Position numbers and translations under genes: made by a program. From Synechococcus sp. UW140 (lineage in GTDB: Bacteria; Actinomycetota; Actinomycetes; Actinomycetales; Microbacteriaceae), in the NCBI GenBank assembly GCA_943367555.1, contig CALRJN020000012.1:12335-76334 (forward strand): 64,000 bases of DNA, written 5' to 3'. Each line of letters starts with the position of its first letter. Within the stretch, counting starts at the first letter, position 1. Positions 61,558-64,000 of this stretch are shown here, piece after piece. Below the pieces are notes generated by a model that saw only the letters and a list, made by a program, of their open reading frames with translations, was not told the origin of the DNA and did no database searches.

Positions 61558-63354
61558 CTACGGCCGCGAGCGGGTCGATCCGGCCGGCGTCGACGCCTCG
61601 TCAGAGACGTCGGGAGCCACCATCGCCCCGGCCTCCGCGGCCGCGGCCTGAGCGAGGATCGCCGCGTCCGCATCGGCGTTCTCCTGGAGCGCCGACTTCT
61701 CGCGCAGCGGTGCGGTCTTGAGGAAGAAGCTCAGCACGAACGCGAGGAGCACCACCCCGAGGCCCACCCAGTAGACGGTCACGGTCGCGTCGTTGAAGCC
61801 TTGGAGGAACGGGGCCGCGAGGCGCGGGTCGGAGCCGTTGAGGAACGAGGTGTCACCGTCGAGCGCGGTGCCGAGCGAACCCGATCCGCCGGCCTGGCCC
61901 TGCTGGAACAGGTCGAGGATCTTCGCGTTGGCCGGGTCGGCGAGCACGGTCGGGTCGGCGACCGCCTCGGCGATGCCGTCCTTGACCGACTGGCTCGCGA
62001 ACGCCGCGACGATCGTCTCCGGGATGCGCGTGAAGAGCACCGAGAACAGCACGGCCGTGCCCAGCGTTCCACCGATCTGGCGGAAGAACGTCGATGCGCT
62101 CGTCGCGACGCCGATGTCCCGCGGTCCGACCGAGTTCTGCGCGGCGATCGTGAGGGTCTGCATCAGCTGTCCGAGGCCGAGGCCGATGAGGAACATCCCG
62201 ATCATGATGTACCAGACCGGCTTGTCGACCGAGAGGAACGTGAGCCAGAAGAAGCCGACCGACATGAGACCGGTGCCGAGGATCGGGAACATGCGGTACT
62301 GGCCGGTGCGGGCGATGAGCTGGCCGCTGCCGATCGAGGCGATCATGAGGCCGAGGATCATCGGCAGCATGAGGAAGCCGCTCTCGGTCGGCGTCGCGCC
62401 GTTGACGAGCTGCAGGTAGAGCGGGATCGTCATCATCGCGCCGAACATGCCGAAGCCCACGAGCACCCCGAGCACGGTGGACATCGAGAACGTCGCGTTG
62501 CGGAAGAGCTTGAGCGGGATGAGCGCGTCATCCCCCATGAGCTTCTCGCTGAGGATGAACGCGCCGATGCCGAGGGCACCGATGATGTAGCAGAGGATGG
62601 CGGCGATCGAGTCCCAGCCCCACTCGCGGCCCTTCTCGGCCACGAGCAGGAGCGGAACCAGGGCGATGATCACCGTCGCGGCACCCCACCAGTCGATGCG
62701 CACCGTGTGGCGGGTGTGCGGGATGTGGAGGAATCGCATCACGATCGCAAGCGCGACGATGCCGATCGGGAGGTTGATCAGGAAGACCCAGCGCCATCCG
62801 GTGATGAACAGGATCTCCGGGGTGCCCGAGAGCAGACCGCCGATGAGCGGGCCGATGACGCTCGAGATGCCGAACACGGCGAGGAAGTAGCCCTGGTACT
62901 TCGCGCGCTCGCGAGGGGCGAGCATGTCGCCCATGATCGCGAGGGGGAGCGCCATGAGGCCGCCGGCGCCGAGTCCCTGGATGGCCCGGAAGGTCGCGAG
63001 CTGATACATCGTGCCGGCGAACCCGGCCGCGACCGAGCCGACGAGGAAGATCACGATCGCGATGATGAACAGCGGTCGACGACCGAAGATGTCGCTGAGC
63101 TTGCCGTAGATCGGCGTCGCGATCGTCGAGGTGATGAGGTATGCGGTCGTCACCCAGGCCTGGAGGCTCAGCCCGTCGAGGTCGTCGGCGATCGTGCGCA
63201 TCGAGGTGCCGACGATCGTCTGGTCGAGGGCGGAGAGGAACATCCCGGCCATGAGGCCGAAGATCACGAAGAGGATCTGACGGTGGGTCATGACGCCGCC
63301 GGCGTCGGCGATCGCCTGGGCCTGCTGCTTGCCCTTGGAGAGAGTGCTGGACAT
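61558..63354 (-). CDS. MFS transporter, DHA2 (EmrB/QacA, 14-TMS) drug:H+ antiporter family
   Basis: Start cat 63352..63354 after AAGGA. LDQTIVGTSMRTIADDL, GKLSDIFGRRPLF, FRAIQGLGAGGLMAL. Confidence 0.85.
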   Translation of the reverse strand: MSSTLSKGKQQAQAIADAGGVMTHRQILFVIFGLMAGMFLSALDQTIVGTSMRTIADDLDGLSLQAWVTTAYLITSTIATPIYGKLSDIFGRRPLFIIAIVIFLVGSVAAGFAGTMYQLATFRAIQGLGAGGLMALPLAIMGDMLAPRERAKYQGYFLAVFGISSVIGPLIGGLLSGTPEILFITGWRWVFLINLPIGIVALAIVMRFLHIPHTRHTVRIDWWGAATVIIALVPLLLVAEKGREWGWDSIAAILCYIIGALGIGAFILSEKLMGDDALIPLKLFRNATFSMSTVLGVLVGFGMFGAMMTIPLYLQLVNGATPTESGFLMLPMILGLMIASIGSGQLIARTGQYRMFPILGTGLMSVGFFWLTFLSVDKPVWYIMIGMFLIGLGLGQLMQTLTIAAQNSVGPRDIGVATSASTFFRQIGGTLGTAVLFSVLFTRIPETIVAAFASQSVKDGIAEAVADPTVLADPANAKILDLFQQGQAGGSGSLGTALDGDTSFLNGSDPRLAAPFLQGFNDATVTVYWVGLGVVLLAFVLSFFLKTAPLREKSALQENADADAAILAQAAAAEAGAMVAPDVSDEASTPAGSTRSRP

Positions 63355-63473
63355 GGAATCCTTCAGGTCGGAGGAGGACAGAAAAGGATGCGCGCACCGT
63401 CGGGCGCAAAACTTTGCGTAGAGTGCAAAGTTACAGCGGACGCACGGCTGACGCAAGCTGGGTGCCGCCTACG

Positions 63474-64000
63474 ATGGTGGGCGTGTCTGATCTGCGTCCC
63501 CGCAACCGCCCGAGCCGGGCGGTGCGTCGTCGACGCGCCATCCTGACCGCGGTGGGAATCGGCGTCGGCCTCGTGCTGATCGCCGTCGTCGTGGTCGTGG
63601 CCCTCACCCCGCGTGCCGCCGCGCCGACCCCGACGCCGACCCCGACGAAGACCGCGACCCCCACGCCGACGCCCACTCCCACGCCGACTCCGACATTCGA
63701 CACGACCGCCAACTCGATCGATGATCCCGCGAGCATCTGGGTCGTCGTCAACAAGCTCCGCCCCTTGGGGGAACCCGGCTACGAGCCCGCGGACCTCGTC
63801 GCCGTGCCCGTGCCCTACGTCAACGAACCCTTCCTGCGGCAGGTCGCCTCGGATGCCGTGGTGCAGATGTTCGCCGCCTTCACCTCCGAGACCGGCCTCG
63901 AGATGCAGGCGCAGAGCGCCTACCGCAGCTACTCCGTGCAGGAGAGCGTCTACGCCGGCTGGGTGTCGTCTCTCGGCCAGGAGGGCGCGGACCTCACGAG
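63474..64000 (+). CDS. M15B family D-alanyl-D-alanine carboxypeptidase (VanY-like), 3' end outside window
   Basis: Not in the ORF track because no stop lies in the window. ATG 63474 gives MVGVSDLRPRNRPSRAVRRRRAILTAVGIGVGLVLIAVVVV (TM anchor), a (TP)n linker, then SIWVVVNKLRPL...YEPADLV...QSAYRSYSVQESVY. Confidence 0.7.
   Translation, partial: MVGVSDLRPRNRPSRAVRRRRAILTAVGIGVGLVLIAVVVVVALTPRAAAPTPTPTPTKTATPTPTPTPTPTPTFDTTANSIDDPASIWVVVNKLRPLGEPGYEPADLVAVPVPYVNEPFLRQVASDAVVQMFAAFTSETGLEMQAQSAYRSYSVQESVYAGWVSSLGQEGADLT

Noticed and set aside
63431-63754. 107-aa minus-strand ORF with (GV)n repeats
   Set aside because: It is the antisense of the (TP)n linker (about 63624..63696) of the plus-strand VanY-like peptidase. 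The plus strand has a TM anchor and a recognisable M15 domain.
1-64000. tRNA, rRNA, tmRNA, RNase P or other classic RNA genes
   Set aside because: I scanned the intergenic gaps by eye for T-loop-like GGTTCGAATCC/GTTCRANYC boxes and long non-coding stretches. I found none, and all gaps over 120 nt are described above. A tRNAscan/Infernal run is still needed to be certain.

Overview
High-GC actinobacterial chromosomal segment (about 60-70 % G+C in the few 100-nt stretches I counted by hand). Gene content and protein style resemble Microbacteriaceae/Micrococcales. I count about 65 densely packed protein-coding genes, many translationally coupled through ATGA/GTGA overlaps. I recognised no rRNA, tRNA, CRISPR array, transposase, integrase or phage structural gene.

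Left end: three tandem paralogous LAxTG-sorted (class E sortase type) surface proteins built from Cys-bounded repeat modules, then a GPH transporter and GH3 beta-glucosidase pair.

Middle: mostly housekeeping and catabolic modules.
- YtxH / holin-X / DUF3618 triad, hemD, pfkA, two DUF4190 paralogues, an alkA-like glycosylase.
- MarR plus FAD oxidoreductase, putA, and an AsnC-regulated amidinotransferase with ornithine aminotransferase.
- TerC, kynureninase, VapBC, GntR-lldD.
- The actinobacterial L-rhamnose operon rhaI / aldolase-dehydrogenase / rhaB with a LacI regulator, a GH114-like lipoprotein, and trkHA.

Right part:
- An APC permease followed by a circularly permuted ATP-grasp / alpha-E / transglutaminase triad, and a MazEF-like pair.
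- MarR-MFS and a DTE-motif microbial rhodopsin (actinorhodopsin/xanthorhodopsin-like).
- A lipase, a HIT protein, a circularly permuted LplA, and hmuUV.
- LacI plus GH1 beta-glucosidase behind a CebR-type operator, a DHA2 exporter, and a 3'-truncated VanY-like peptidase.

Most interesting to me:
- the unassigned LAxTG surface-protein family;
- the rhodopsin, which has no retinal-synthesis gene nearby;
- the experimentally uncharacterised ATP-grasp / alpha-E / transglutaminase system;
- several strong non-coding structures: a 20-bp perfect hairpin in a 386-nt gap, a ~97-nt extended hairpin, a 5x14-nt tandem repeat spanning two stop codons, and a 22-bp perfect palindrome at an RBS;
- a GH114 lipoprotein whose lipobox signal peptide lies upstream of any canonical start codon.

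All product calls come from reading the translated ORFs by eye. No database search was run.
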